Shown here one piece after another: positions 35,719 through 49,600 of a stretch of 64,000 nucleotides of DNA. Source of the stretch: Macrostomum lignano (lineage: Eukaryota); the NCBI GenBank assembly GCA_002269645.1, contig NIVC01000265.1, positions 1 through 64,000 of the forward strand. Direction: 5' to 3'. A model generated the notes under the pieces. That model was given only the letters and a program-made list of their open reading frames with translations. It was not told where the DNA came from and ran no database searches. Each line of letters begins with the position of its first letter. Positions within the stretch are counted from its first letter, which is position 1. A program made the position numbers and the translations under genes.

Positions 35719-38700
35719 AGCATGGTGCTCATTGTAATTTTAGGCATAGTGCAGTTTCGTTTGTGAAATTATTTTTCGTTTAAATTTGAAAGTTCCAAAC
35801 CAGAAAACAATAACAACAATAAAAATTGATGTTTTAAACCATTCTAACAATTGTGGCAGAGACCGTGGCAGCCATCAGGTCGCGCATTTAGCGCATTAAG
35901 AAACTGCACTATTGCCTAATTTTATTCTATGTTTAAACTTGCCAAGCTCTAATAATTATTTTTGCTTCTTTGCTTAATGCCTTAAGCATAAAATTGGCAT
36001 TATCACTTCTACAACCCAGGGAAGGCAACAAAGTATGTGGCCATGGATTTCTCCTTGCTCTACTTGCAGGGACTTAACCAACCCTTGAATCACAACCTTA
36101 TAGTACAATCTAAGCTAGAGTGATGTTACTTAATGCAATGGATTTCTCCTTGTTCTACCTGCAGGGAATTAACCAACCTTTCACACACATATAGTCTAAG
36201 CTAGACTGTCTATAAGTGCAACATGCCAATTCTCCAACCAACTAACCTAACCACAATGGTAGATCCAAGAGGGATGCAAGTGCAAAGATGGTCACTTAAC
36301 CCCTCAAGACTGAAGTGGCCAGCATACTCTAACCCAGAATTTTATTATAAATATGGTGTATGAAATCACATATAAGAAGCAAATACATTTAAGAAACAGC
36401 TAGTTTATAAGTGAAAATAGTAGACATCTTACATTTTTGCCAAGAGCCAATTAGCAAAAAACAGCAAGCGCTTCAAAGTTAAGATTTTTTTGTTTTAATT
36501 CTAATGCTTCTGCCATTAACAGAAGTTAAGATTTTCATTAATGGTGCCTAACACTGGAAGCAGATTAAAGAGATTTTAACTGTCTTTTTTCCAAGCAATT
36601 TTGAATCTTTTGGCAAATACACGATCAAAATCGGTAAAGAAAATTTGTGAGCTCTAGAGTGTTATGGACATACAAACAAACAAACAAACAAATATTAGAG
36701 ATTTAGATAGATTTAGAAAAAAAGGATTGAATTAATTTTGCAATTTTTATGTATAGGTCTTAATGCTATTTTCTTTGTGCTTTGTGAACTTTTTGATCTT
36801 TGTGCCTATATGTAGCTACAAATCACAATATTTATTGACTATCTTTATAGGTTGTGACTCCGCCATTGTCTGGTTCCAAGCCCAGAATATGAAAGGAAGA
36901 GGGCAGCTATATGTAGATATATATGCATGTATAATGTTTAATCTTTATCTTTATATTGTTATATAGTTATATAGTTGCATATATGAGTATACATGTTACA
37001 TATAACAAATTTTTCCATACAAAAAGTGGATAACAAAGTGTCCAGGGAGTAGATGACAAAGTTCCACATTAGTAATATGGATGACCAAGTGATAAGATAA
37101 TGTAGTGTCTAACAATAAGAGTGGATAACAAAGTGGTAAGATGACAAAGTGTCTAGGAACCACCTAGTCAAGTCATTTTGTCATCTGGGTGTCTGGGGTG
37201 CTCACCTTGACTATAGTCACTTGTCATCTTAATTAACATACACTATCTAAAAAGAGTCATTTTGTCATCCACCAATCATATTAGTTCCAAATTCAAGTGA
37301 TATAATGTGGCAATAAAACATATTTAAGCCTACTTGGAATCCTATGATCCCAGTAATTTTGTAGCTAGTGATGAGATATTGTCATCTCAATTGATAAAAC
37401 CTGTCGATCAATTAGTTCTACTTGCCACAGCTTATAGTTATTAAAAAATAGTTTACACTAACTCGAATCACTCATAGATTGATTGGTAATGACAAAGTAT
37501 CTAGCATAACTGAATATTCAGTCACTTTGTCATATTATTTTTCAAGCTACTTTGCTTCTGGTCACTTTGTTATCCGATATAACAAAATAGAATATGACAA
37601 TCTGACCAGTGACTGCTAAAACAGGCCTACCGCCTAATTGCTATAACTTTGGGCTATCTTTCAATTTTCTGCGTTAAATTTTTATGGGATGTGAGCATAA
37701 CAAAAAATGAAAAATACAATATAGGAAGCTAGTCAATTGGTCATTCAATCAATCCACTACAGTGTAGATAGTAAGGGCTAATTTAGTTTATAGTACCTTA
37801 TTTCCGTAGGAGGTAAAATTGTAGTTGGTGCTGGTCTTCTAGCTAGCCATGGTAGTAACGCTAGAATGCATAATGCATGTTAAAATAATTTAATGTGGGA
37901 AACCAAAAGAATGCCTAACTTTGTTTAGTTGCATCCAGTTAAGAATTAGGCCTAAGCCTTAGTAGTTAGGCTTTGTAGACCCTTGCCATTTAGGTTAGCA
38001 ACTTCAGTCAGATTTTAAAGGCATTTTTAGTGTTTTTTCAATTCTATTTACCAAAACTCATTTCATTTGCCACCTTTGCCTAAAAAAGGAACCTTAGGGC
38101 CTATAGAGGTCAGATGGGATCCTTATCTTGATCTCAAAATCTTGGGATCCCAAGGAAAATTGGATTCCCATGGGACTAGAATCCCAACCCTAAAAACATG
38201 AGAATTGAGAATAGGTCTTTTGATTAAAAATTTATAAAACTAGTGATTACTTAAATGTATTTTGTTTTAACTTGTACTCATTACATTATTACTTTGTTAG
38301 TTACAAAACTTTGCATTGATTTTGTTAAATGTTTTACTTTTTGATCTTGACATTTTTGCTTAATTTTGTTTACTTTTATATGAACCTACAAACTACAATA
38401 CACTAAAAGACCTGATCTAAAAGACCTGACCTATCTGTCCTGACCTGACCTAAAAGACCTTAGAAAAAAATTATTCCCGATCCTAATCTCACCTGAAGAT
38501 TTCAATCCCATTTGACCTCTAAAGGCCTATACCTAAAAAAACTAAAATAGCTTATCAGCTTGAAACTGGTCAGCTTGGTTAGGTAATGAAAAAATCTGTC
38601 TTTAAGAATCAAAATAATAGCTAGAAGCTAAGGAATAATCCTGCAAAATTGTTTGTTAAATTCTTCTCATTGTTTAACTGATTCTTAATGTTTGAAAAAT

Positions 38701-40614
38701 CCAATAAAGCATATTAAACAAATATCAGCTAACTGCCTAGTGTTTTAATTATATGCATAGCAGCTGTCCACCATGTGTTTTAATTGTATGCGTAGACATA
38801 ATAATTGTTGCATCTTTTAAATATTAAAAAATAATATAGATTGTCTATATAGGCCCTATGTATTATATAACTAATATAACAGGCCTTGCATGAGATGCTA
38901 GAGACAAAAGTGACTATAGTTTTGGAACAAAGCAATTTTTGTATTTAAATAATCATCTTCTATAATTGAAATAGTATATTTTATATGAGATGCTCATTTA
39001 TAAAAAAGATATGGTTCTATAACTGCTTGAAATTAGCAAAATTGACTAGAAATGCTATAGTTTTGGAACACTATCATTTTAATGCAATTTTTGTAATTAA
39101 ATGATTCTCATCCAAAATGGATATAATACATAAGGTATTAAGATATATAAGTGCTAAAAGGGTTATTTGTTACATAAAGTCAATCTCTGGAAATCACTTC
39201 AAATGGAACAAACTTATGGTAGGCCTGAGTTAATTTTAAGACTCAAAGTTTTGTATAATTGTATCAAAATAGTTAAAGATTGTTTGTGTCAAATTCTAAG
39301 AAGGTTAGTTAAACTAAAGTGGTGCTATAGAAAATTTAGTGAAAAATTCACAGTTTTTCTAGGTAAGAAGACTTAGATTTAGAAAATTTTAAGGTAGTTT
39401 AAGACATTCTCAATAATAAGTTTAGGATAGATGCAAAATTTGGTATAATATAGTTGAGCAGTTTGGAAGTACATAGCAAATAAATTTATACATAAATATA
39501 TACAAATAGTATACATTCATTTTTATTGGTAGAGTAGAGATTATATAAATAAAAGCATATTTTTTAATTATAAACTTCTATAAATTTAAATTTATCCATT
39601 GTCATTGTTTCTTTTTTATGCTGCATTCATAGATGGCCTGCTATCCCTTTCTAGTCCATTATCCCAAGTGTATAGTGGCCTAAGTCTGGCATAAATGATA
39701 AAAGTTCATCAATTTTCTTCCATCATTATTCCAAGCATGAAATGAACACTATGGCTCTAGTATCAAATAGATTATAGCTCATATATTAAAAATATTGCTA
39801 CCTTCTATGTCAAAGTGTGCATGAATTCATTCAATATTAATGATATGGCTTATTAATACTTTCACTGTCTCCAATGTGAGACACATTGTATATTATGGAT
39901 ATGGGTGCTTTGTTTATAAGCTCTAATATTATTTTAGATATGCTAGCCATAGACATGTCTATACAACTATAAGTATAAAGCTAGGCAATATTACAGATAT
40001 ACTAATAGCTGCCATTTCTATAAGTTTGTGCATTCTAGACATGATTGCCATATCTAAGTGTGTTATTTGTTTTATATAAAAGGATTATTTGGTAGGCTTC
40101 CCTAAGAATGCAGTTAGAAATTAGATCAAGTTTGGTCTCCATTGAGGTTACTATATCAACTTAGTTATCTCAATGGAGACCCTATTTGAATCTACATTGT
40201 GGCTAATATAATATACTTTTTTCATTTCTTAACTAATCTATTGTTTTAGATATACTTGAAAGTTTAACAAAAGTATCACTTTTTACTTTTAAAACAGGTT
40301 AGTTTGTTGGCCCCATAAATTAAGTTGATTAAACTTTGTTTTAAAAGCCTTAACTTTGAAATAAAAAAGTTAAGATCACTATTTTTTCAGGCTAGGAAAG
40401 AATTAGTTAAAAAATATATGCATAAAAGCCATCTAAAAACTTTAAAAGTACACATTTTACTTGGATACAAGCTAAATAGTAAATTGTATTTCATTATCAA
40501 AGATACGCTACAACATAGAACTTTTCTTTTTGATGTGAATTTGCAAACAAAGACGTTAGATCATTTCAAGGAATTCATTGGTTTTGCTTACAAAGGAAGA
40601 CAGTACAAGACTTG

Positions 40615-43600
40615 ATGGCAATGGTCAATCTACTTGGCCTAGCCCTGCTTTTAATTGCAACTGCTACTGCTGCTGATCCATGCCCTAAAAGCAGGGGTTG
40701 GCTTTCAGTTGGTAGCACTGGAGATTGTGTATTTCTATCTGACAGCTTCTTGGGAAGCTACAGACAGGCTGAGGCAAAATGTCGCAGTCTTGGCGATAAC
40801 AAAGATTTCCATCTGACATTCCTGCGAGATACTTTGTTTGTCGAACAACTGGAAGCAGCACTGAATACTCAGTTAAATGTTACCAACATCAACAGCACTT
40901 ACTGGATTGCAGCGCATCGAAACCTGGTTAATAATCGGGTAATCTGGCTTAACGATACTTATATCGATGGAAGTCTGTCTCCACTAAGACTAGTCTTTGA
41001 CCCTTCGCCTACTGATGCTAAAGGTTTCGGCTATCTAATACTGCAAGAATCCATTGAGGGGAATAGCACCACTAACAGTAGTAGCAACAGTAGCACACCA
41101 ACACGTGCTAGCCTACAGATGAGATTCGATAAATCCGAGTCCACTCCAAGACGCGCACTTTGCGCCCGACAGGCTGTGAATCCGGCAGTTCCCAGGTCCA
41201 ATTTGCAAATTACAGGCGGTTACTGTCCTAAAATTGCTGGCAAAACTAAGGCAACTGTGCATTATATCTCTGATCGTTGCTACGCTGTTGTTCCCGGAAT
41301 CGCTGATGATGCATGCGCTAGTCTTGGCTCAAATTATCTCCCAGCAATGCTGAATGATTGGACTGCTCAACAGGTTGCTACAGTGTTGGCTGATAAGCAT
41401 CCACTGGTTTTTGGTTTACGCTTCGTGCCTGGTCGAGGTTATTTGTGGCACAATCAGTCTGAGAAGGCTTCTGTTCTGCTCACTGCATGGTCAGCCAATC
41501 AGCCTGCGACTGACAAGGCTTGCGTTGCTATTGGCAACGGTACAGCTACATGGCGCAGTCTGGATTGCAATGCAAATTCCGCTAGTTTATACAGCCTCTG
41601 TCATACGCCTGCCAGTGTTGATGCTAGTAACCCGTTCGATTCGAAGTTGACCAACTTTCTTAATAGTGGCGTCAGTTGTCTGCCTGGATTTGTTAATTTT
41701 GATTCTTCTTGCTACTACCTTGGCGATACCCCAATTGCTGGTAATTCTTCAATAACCGACTGGTGCTCGGAAAAGTACAATGCTAGCGCTGTTTGGTTTG
41801 ATAGACCAGCTCAGCTAGCTTTAGTATCGTTGCTTGGACTGCAGCCAAATCGTTATTACGCTATTGATAAACCTGTTTCATTTGATGCAGGTTGGCTGTC
41901 TCTACCAGATAGCCTGCCACAGGCTAATGGCTCCTGTCTAGCCTTTTCAACAGGTACTGGCGGCTTGATTAACCAAAATAGCAGTGCTCAGTGCGCCAAT
42001 CTTTTACCCGCTTGTCGCTATCCAAAGCCTCAGTCGGAAACGAGGGCTATTAGTCATTCTCCAACTGCGGCTACAACTGCCATTGTAGAGACAACATGTC
42101 CGCGGGGTTTTATCTTAGCCGACAATAAATGTCTAGCAACAAGTTCGAACTATTCCGATTGGCACAACGCCAACATCGCCTGCCAAGGATTATTTCCATC
42201 AGCTTTTGTTGCTAGCTTACACTCGAGCATTAAGGCCTCCGTTGTCGCAAAGTTGCTACCCACTTCAAACACTTATGGAGCCTGGCTTGGTCTCAGCATT
42301 CGTCGTTCGTCTGGGCTTCTCTATCCGACGTGGACCGATTCTACTCAGTTTGATTATTATCCACCGCATTCAGCTAATAGCATTAAGATACAATCATCCT
42401 TTCAATGCGCCTACGTTTTATCTGACAGTAGTAAAGGCTTTATATGGCATCTGACAAATGACTGCAACGCTGCAAAGAGGCTTGTACTATGTCAGGCTGC
42501 GCCAAATGTTACTAATAAATACTCGACTCCGGTTCAATCGACTCTATCCGCTGCCATGACAACTATGCCACCCGTGAAAACCGCCACGCCAAAAGTTCTT
42601 AGTTTTGCTGAATCATGCCAGAGCATTAATGGTCAGAGACTATCGGACGATGGTAGACGGTGTTACTCGTATCGGGTGCTAACTAACAAAACTTATAACT
42701 GGTTTGAAGCTTTTGCTGCCTGTCAAAAAATCGACTCAAGCAATGCTAGCAATTTGGCTTCTATCGAATCGGAGTCTGAGAACAACTTTGTTAGAAAGTT
42801 GCATCTAGCCCATGGTTTAGTTTGGCTTGGCTTGAACGAAGCTTACGAGCAAGTTCCAGATAAATTGACAACTTGGTCAGATGGTACTCCGGTTCAGTAC
42901 GTTAACTTTGACAATAGCAAACCAGATCTTTACGGTCAGTGCGGCGCGATGATGACGCAACTTATAAAGAGTTCAGAATATTCGTCATCTAAGAATCTAT
43001 TACGCTCGGGACTTTGGTATGATCGAGATTGTGGAGAGTCTTTGTCGGTAGTGTGTAAAACTTTAGTGTCAAAGTTGCCCGATCAGGATGCTTCTACTTC
43101 TCAGCCGTCGACTGGTAATAGTTCGAAGGTTGAGCGTTACTGTCCAGCAGACTGGCTAGCAACTCCAGATAACACCGCTTGTTATCGCCTGCTACCTAAG
43201 CCGGCTAGATTTGCCGATGCTCGCTCCAGCTGTCAGAGTCTGGACGGCGATTTAGCGTCCTATCAGACTTCTGGTCAGCACGATTTTCTAGTTAGCCTAG
43301 TTGCTAGCCTAGGTAGAAGAGCCGGCTTAGTCTGGCTTGGTTTGCAATGGGCCGGTAGCGCCTTTAATTGGCTGGACGGTTCCAAGGTGAACTTTCTGGT
43401 GTGGCCTCACGCGCCATCTATACCGTCAACGCATTGTTTAGCTACTAGATACCATCCATTGCTAAGCAAATCTGGCTATCATTTAGCCGAGCTGTGCAGC
43501 TTGCCTTTGCCGGCTCTGTGCCGTAGGCCGCTTACTGTGATACCGCCGTCTTCTCCGCAGCCTAAGATATGCAAGGATGGCTATGTAGCCTTCAATGGAA

Positions 43601-45928
43601 CTTGGTGTTATAGATTTCACAGTGCGGCGGCAGATTTTGAAACTGCTCAAACTAATTGTAAAAATGATAGCGCTGAACTACTTTGGTTGGAGGCGTCGTC
43701 TGAGGTGAGCCTAATTAACTTAACTTTATGGAATAGATTCCGTGCTCGGTCAAATTCATCTGGTGCTTGTATGCACGAAAATCCGTCATCTGTGATCCCA
43801 GAGTCGTTGCAGATTACGCAGGTAAACTTGGAAGGAATGACTCTAAACTACTCTAAAACGACGAGATGTCATGGTATGGTACAAGCCGCCAAAAAGTCAA
43901 AGAGTTGCTTAAGAATCACTTTAAAGTGTTTTATTGCCTGCAAATCTGAAACGGCTTTAGGGCGACGCAGGTGATTTGCCCCCGTAAAGTGGTATTTAAG
44001 GCGATGCCACAGTCTGTAGAGTCGTTAGTTTGTGTTTGAAGCGCATTAGCATTGGTTGATGAATTAGAGTCGCATCTCTAGCGAAAGCTAGGCGCCAACA
44101 CAACGATTCTTGGTCGACTCTTTCGCGACTCTACGATTCTACCACTGACGTGACGCGCTTTTGACGCAACAGTTGCCTCTCCGTCGCATTAGATGGATTC
44201 TAGTCTTTAAAAATTCACGAGTTGCCCCAGAGGCGATAGTCACTAGTGAGTTGTTGGCAATGACTCTAGCGATTCTTTTCAGAGTTGATGCTTTTTTGCT
44301 TTAGACAATAGCGACTGTAGAAGTTCAAATGCTACATTTAGTTTATTGTAAACATTCTTATTCCTCTCTTTGTTGCCTGCCTCCCCAACGGGGGTGCAGA
44401 TTGCTAGTCCAATATACTAAAATCTACGACTAAGGGTCAATACCCTATTACCCTTCAATCCTAGCTATGAGTGCAAATATTTCAATAACGTACAGTCGAC
44501 ATTTAATAACAACAACAAACATTTTCAGGTACATTTTATTCGCAGTTTGGCTTCATCAATCAGTAACCCGCCGCCCAGCGATATTTGGCTAAATTTGCGT
44601 TCCAACACTGAACAGATTACTGGCTTGAATTGGGCTACTGCTAGTAGTAGTGATAGCGACAAATTCAATCCTGTTCGATTCGACTATGTACTGCCAGAAT
44701 TTCGTCATTACAACTTGGACAAACTGTCTGGTTGCTATGGTTACCGACTGTACAACAGGGCCACTCCGTCGGTCATGGGTTTGAATAGAATCAGCGGCGG
44801 TCCAGCCGAGGACTGCGGCAAGCCGAAACCATTCGTTTGTAAGGCTGCCGCTATTGCTGATTTGGCATCGCCAGACTCTGATACTAATCATAATAAAAAC
44901 ATCGGTTGCTATGGCGTTGCTAAGCGCTATTCCGGCTACGCTAGTCGATCTATAGACGGTCGAGAATGCGTTCGATGGGATTTAGTTAGATTGATCTACG
45001 AGCAGACCGATGTTTATCGATTTTACAATAATACCAATGACTCGAATACGGCTATGCACCTGCTGCCGATAGGATCTCCGTTTGCTAGCGAGGTGGTGGA
45101 TATTGAGACCGACAATAGTCAGGTTAGTTATGTGATGTCTGATAAAATAAGATTGAAATATAAAACTACTTAGCTGACGAGGCATTGTAGTTAATAAATA
45201 AGTTTATGGTTACTCCTGCTGTTTACCCAAATTTCCAAAATATAAATATTTACTTTATTGTTGTTTATGTATTTTGGGCCTCTGCTGTATGTATGCCATC
45301 CCGGTTTATTATTTTGTATAAACTAGTCAATGTAGTAATGTACATATCTTATGTGCCGATATGTATCGAAAAATAACTTCATGCATCGGTCTGTTTTCTA
45401 TACTGTAGCTATCTCCGTCTGCCGATATGTATCGTAAGTAATATTTTTTTAACCTCACCCAAGGAAACCCTTGGCGAAGCGGCTAATTTCTGTCGCTCAC
45501 CGCCAACATCTGTCACCGGCGGCGTCAACGGCTTGGCTCTGGGCGTCGGTCGGCCGGTCTGTTTCGCGCGTCACAACCTACCTGGCAACAAAAACTACAC
45601 ATTAAAACTGGAATTCTGTCCGGTACCGTTGTGTCCGGGTGAATCTGAGGCCAACTCGGACCGACATGCCGAGCCAGACAGCCACCAGCATAGCGGCGGC
45701 GTCAGCATCGGTGTCCTGACTGTCATCGTGCTTGTCTGCGCGCTAGGCGTTGCCGGCGTTGGCGTTCTGGGCTTCTGCATCTGGAAGCGCGGCCGCTGGG
45801 CTGCCGGTTACCGACCGCAGTTGAATCTCGACGCCGGCTCTGGCGGCGGCGGCGTCTTTGGCGGCGTGAGCATCGGCGGCGGTGGCACCTCGTTTCATAA
45901 TCCGATTTATATGCCCGCTAACTGTTGA
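40615..45928 (+). CDS. Mannose-receptor-like type I membrane protein: signal peptide, 7 C-type lectin domains, kringle, TM, FxNPxY tail; 1382 aa; exons 40615-43704, 44529-45122, 45464-45928
   Basis: Repeated C..CY...C...L.S...WLGL...C...C CTLD patterns. The junction SE|VHFIRSL...IWLNL restores CTLD7. Kringle motifs CYGVAKRYSG...CVRW, NFCRSP, PVCF, EFCPVPLC. TM GVLTVIVLVCALGVAGVGVLGFCIW; tail FHNPIY. All junctions phase 0 GT-AG. Confidence 0.88.
44330..44407 (+). mobile_element. Helitron-like 3' terminus inside lectin-receptor intron 1
   Basis: ctccccaacgggggtgcagattgCTAG|T, matching 30907-30935. Confidence 0.55.
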
Positions 45929-45984
45929 CTGGATGCTGGGCTTGGTTGAGGCTGGCATTGTTGGGTCAATTTTGGGGTCTGGCA

Positions 45985-47355
45985 CATTGATATCTGAACA
46001 GTCTGACACTTTGATATCTGAACAGTCTGACACTTTGATATCTGAACAGTCTGACACTTTGATATCTGAACAGTCTGACACTTTGATATCTGAACAGTCT
46101 GACACTTTGATATCTGAACAGTCTGACACTTTGATATCTGAACAGTCTGACACTTTGATATCTGAACAGTCTGACACTTTGATATCTAAACAATCTGACA
46201 CTTTGATATCTAAACAGTCTGACACTTTGATATCTAAACAATCTGACACTTTGATATCTAAACAATCTGACACTTTGATATCTAAACAGTCTGACACTTT
46301 GATATCTAAACAGTCTGACACTTTGATATCTGAACAGTCTGACACTTTGATATCTAAACAATCTGACACTTTGATATCTAAACAGTCTGACACTTTGATA
46401 TCTAAACAGTCTGACACTTTGATATCTGAACAGTCTGACACTTTGATATCTAAACAATCTGACACTTTGATATCTAAACAGTCTGACACTTTGATATCTA
46501 AACAGTCTGACACTTTGATATCTAAACAGTCTGACACTTTGATATCTGAACAGTCTGACACTTTGATATCTAAACAATCTGACACTTTGATATCTAAACA
46601 GTCTGACACTTTGATATCTAAACAGTCTGACACTTTGATATCTAAACAGTCTGACACTTTGATATCTAAACAGTCCGACACTTTGATATCTGAACAGTCT
46701 GACACTTTGATATCTAAACAGCCTGTCACTTTGATGTATATCTTGTCTGACACTTTGATGTCTATATAGTCTGACACGTTGATATCTATGCAGTCTGACA
46801 CATTGTGATCTATATAGCCTGACACATTAATATCCATATAGTCCGACACATAGATGTCTATATAGTCGGACAGACATAGTCTGACTTTGATGTCTGTATA
46901 GTTTAACACATTTTGATCTATATAGTCTTGACACATTGTGATTTATATAGTCTGACACATTGTTGTCTATATAGTCTGACACATTGATATCTATATAGTC
47001 TGACACTTTGATATCTATACAGTCTGACACATTGTTGTCTATATAGTCTGACGCATTGATATATATATATATATATATAGTCTGACACATTGGTATCTCT
47101 ATTGTCTGACACATTAGTATCTAAATAGTCTGACACATTGTTGTCTATATAGTCTGACACATTGATATCTATATAGTCTGACACTTTGATATCTATACAG
47201 TCTGACACATTGTTGTCTATATAGTCTGACGCATTGATATATATATATATAGTCTGACACATTGGTATCTCTATTGTCTGACACATTAGTATCTAAATAG
47301 TCTGGCACATTGTTGTCTATATAGTCTGACGCATTGTTGTCTATATAGTCTGACT
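45985..47355. repeat. 24-bp minisatellite (gatatctaaacagtctgacacttt) to about 46725, then a diverged tail
   Basis: Read directly; starts about 57 bp after the lectin-receptor stop; source of the IKVSDCLD pseudo-ORFs. Confidence 0.96.
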
Positions 47356-47844
47356 CGAAAATGCTTCTAGGATGATTAATTAATACCGCTTGTTATACTT
47401 AACACCATGCCCTTTTTAACTTTAGTAAGTCCTCTTTTTCCTTTAAGTGAAGCAGCCCCGAATTTCACAGCTGTACATCGGAGAAATGTATAATCAGCTG
47501 ACACAAACTCTTTCGCCATAATTTTGTTTTGCACAATACTGACTGACACACGCAGAAGCATTATATCTGGATTTTTATTCTAATTAATTAGCTATTTATG
47601 TGCCGTATATCACTTGTAACAAGTTGTAAAATTACCTTCAACAGATTTCATAATTTAGCTTTTTTTCTACGTATGTTATTCCTTTATAGTTAAACTATCG
47701 TTAAAACAACCCGTTTTACAGTTGCTAGGAACTTGAGCTTGTACTGTTTTTGCTTTTTTGTTACGCTAACGAGTTAGACTTGTGTTAATATTAGTTGGAT
47801 TTTAATTGCAAAAGGTATTTTGGCTACTTTATCACTTCACAGGG

Positions 47845-48497
47845 AGTGTCAGTTGCTGCTCCAGCCTCCCAGATCCTCAGTTGCTGGGCCAGCCTCCCAG
47901 TGTCAGTTGCTGGGCCAGCCTCCCAGATCCCCAGTTGCTGGACCAGCCTCCCAGATCCCCAGTTGCTGGGCCAGCCTCCCAGATCCTCAGTTGCTGAGCC
48001 AGCCTCCCAGATCCTCAGTTGCTGAGCCAGCCTCCCAGATCCTCAGTTGCTGGGACAGCCTCCCAGATCCTCAGTTGCTGGGCCAGCCTCCCAGATCCTC
48101 AGTTGCTGGGCCAGCCTCCCAGATCCTCAGTTGCTGGGACATGCAGCCTCCCAGATCCTCAGTTGCTGAGCCAGCCTCCCAGATCCTCAGTTGCTGGGAC
48201 AGCCTCCCAGATCCTCAGTTTCTGGGCCAGCCTCCCAGATCCTCAGTTGCTGGGACATGCAGCCTCCCAGATCCTCAGTTGCTGAGCCAGCCTCCCAGAG
48301 TGTCAGTTGCTGGGCCAGCCTCCCAGATCCCCAGTTGTTGGGCCAGCCTCCCAGATCCTCAGTTGCTGGACCAGCCTCCCAGACCCTCAGTTGCTGAGCC
48401 AGCCTCCCAGAGTGTCAGTTGCTGAGCCAACCTCCCAGATCCTCAGTTGCTGAGCCAGCCTCCCAGAGTGTCAGTTGCTGGGCCAGCCTCCCAGATC
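47845..48497. repeat. 28-bp minisatellite family (cagatcctcagttgctgggccagcctcc), locus 2
   Basis: Read directly. Confidence 0.95.
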
Positions 48498-49324
48498 TTC
48501 TATTACATATTTTAGTCAACACAGTTAAAAACTGTATTTTTAACCTGGTGAATCTGTAATTAGTAAAAGCACTAAATCAAATATTAAAGCACTTTTATCG
48601 CATGTATTTTATTTTTTTGCCTTGAATTTCTTAATGTAAATTTGTCAATACATTTTAAAGCTTTCCTTTGATCTCATTGCTATTGGATTGGCACCCAGTC
48701 TCATCTCTATCAAGCAGTTGTAACTTCGTATTACATTCTAGAACTAACACCACTCTGTCACGTGCTGCGTTAATGCTTTTCTCTTCTTGTGCGTCAAACT
48801 CTATTATTCTATTTCGTTAGTTTTATACTACTTAGTAATTGAATTCCCGGCTTCAGTAGTACGCTGCGCCTATGTAACCAATACGAACTATTTTTGTGTG
48901 ATTTTTGCCCGTTCACCTGCAGATGTTTTTATTCAGTTTCTATATTTTTTCTTCAATATATTTTAAACGCATTGTTTCATGTAGTACAGCTGCGTTAGGC
49001 ACCCTTTTTTTGTCTGACCTCTACTTCTGTCCGATTTCTCTTCTACTGCTACTTGAAGTACTATAAAGTTCAGCTGCGTATACTAGCAATTACTTGTAGA
49101 TCGCTTAGCCCAGAGAGTGATTCACTTGTTAAAACAATTTGTCTATCAAAGAGGAAATTCAAAATTACAATAATTTTTCCCGGCCCGCCCGGCTTTCCTG
49201 TTTTTGTTTTGTTCTTTGTTGTCATGACTTGTTCTTTGTTACTTTTTCATTTTGGCGAATAGACTGTTTTGCTGTGTTTTAGATAGTTCGTCTTTCTGTT
49301 AAGACTCCATTCTGCACTATCCTT

Positions 49325-49600
49325 CTCAAATCCTCAGTTGCTGGGCCAGCCTCCCAGAGTGTCAGTTGCTGGGCCAGCCTCCCAGATCCTCAGTTGCTGG
49401 ACCAGCCCCCCAGATCCCCAGTTGCTGGACCAGCCTCCCAGATCCTCAGTTGCTGGGCCAGCCTCCCAGATCCCCAGTTGCTGGGCCAGCCTCCCAGAGT
49501 GTCAGTTGCTGGGCCAGCCTCCCAGATCCCCAGTTGCTGGACCAGCATCCTCTCAGATCCCCAGTTGTTGGGGCCAGTCTCCCAGATCCCCAATTGCAGG
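49325..49600. repeat. 28-bp minisatellite family, locus 3
   Basis: Read directly. Confidence 0.93.

Larger units (their letters stand above)
34995..37160. mobile_element. Probable non-autonomous DNA transposon remnant bounded by inverted subterminal repeats
   Basis: cctggacacttcgtcatctaaccacttcgtcatc (about 34995-35030) vs gataacaaagtggtaagatgacaaagtgtctagg (about 37125-37157); many scattered gatgac(a/g)aagtg motifs; no ORF. Confidence 0.4.

Noticed and set aside
31000-40610. Short ORFs in the AT-rich spacer, including 40325-40615
   Set aside because: AT-biased, no motifs and no splice-consistent partners
45743-47308. Long ORFs (397, 295 and 203 aa) resembling repeat proteins
   Set aside because: All frames of a 24-bp satellite; open on both strands because of the unit sequence
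47360-49320. A-rich minus-strand stretches that look like decayed coding sequence between the 28-bp arrays
   Set aside because: Frequent stops and no recognisable transposase or RT motif; a translated search would be needed
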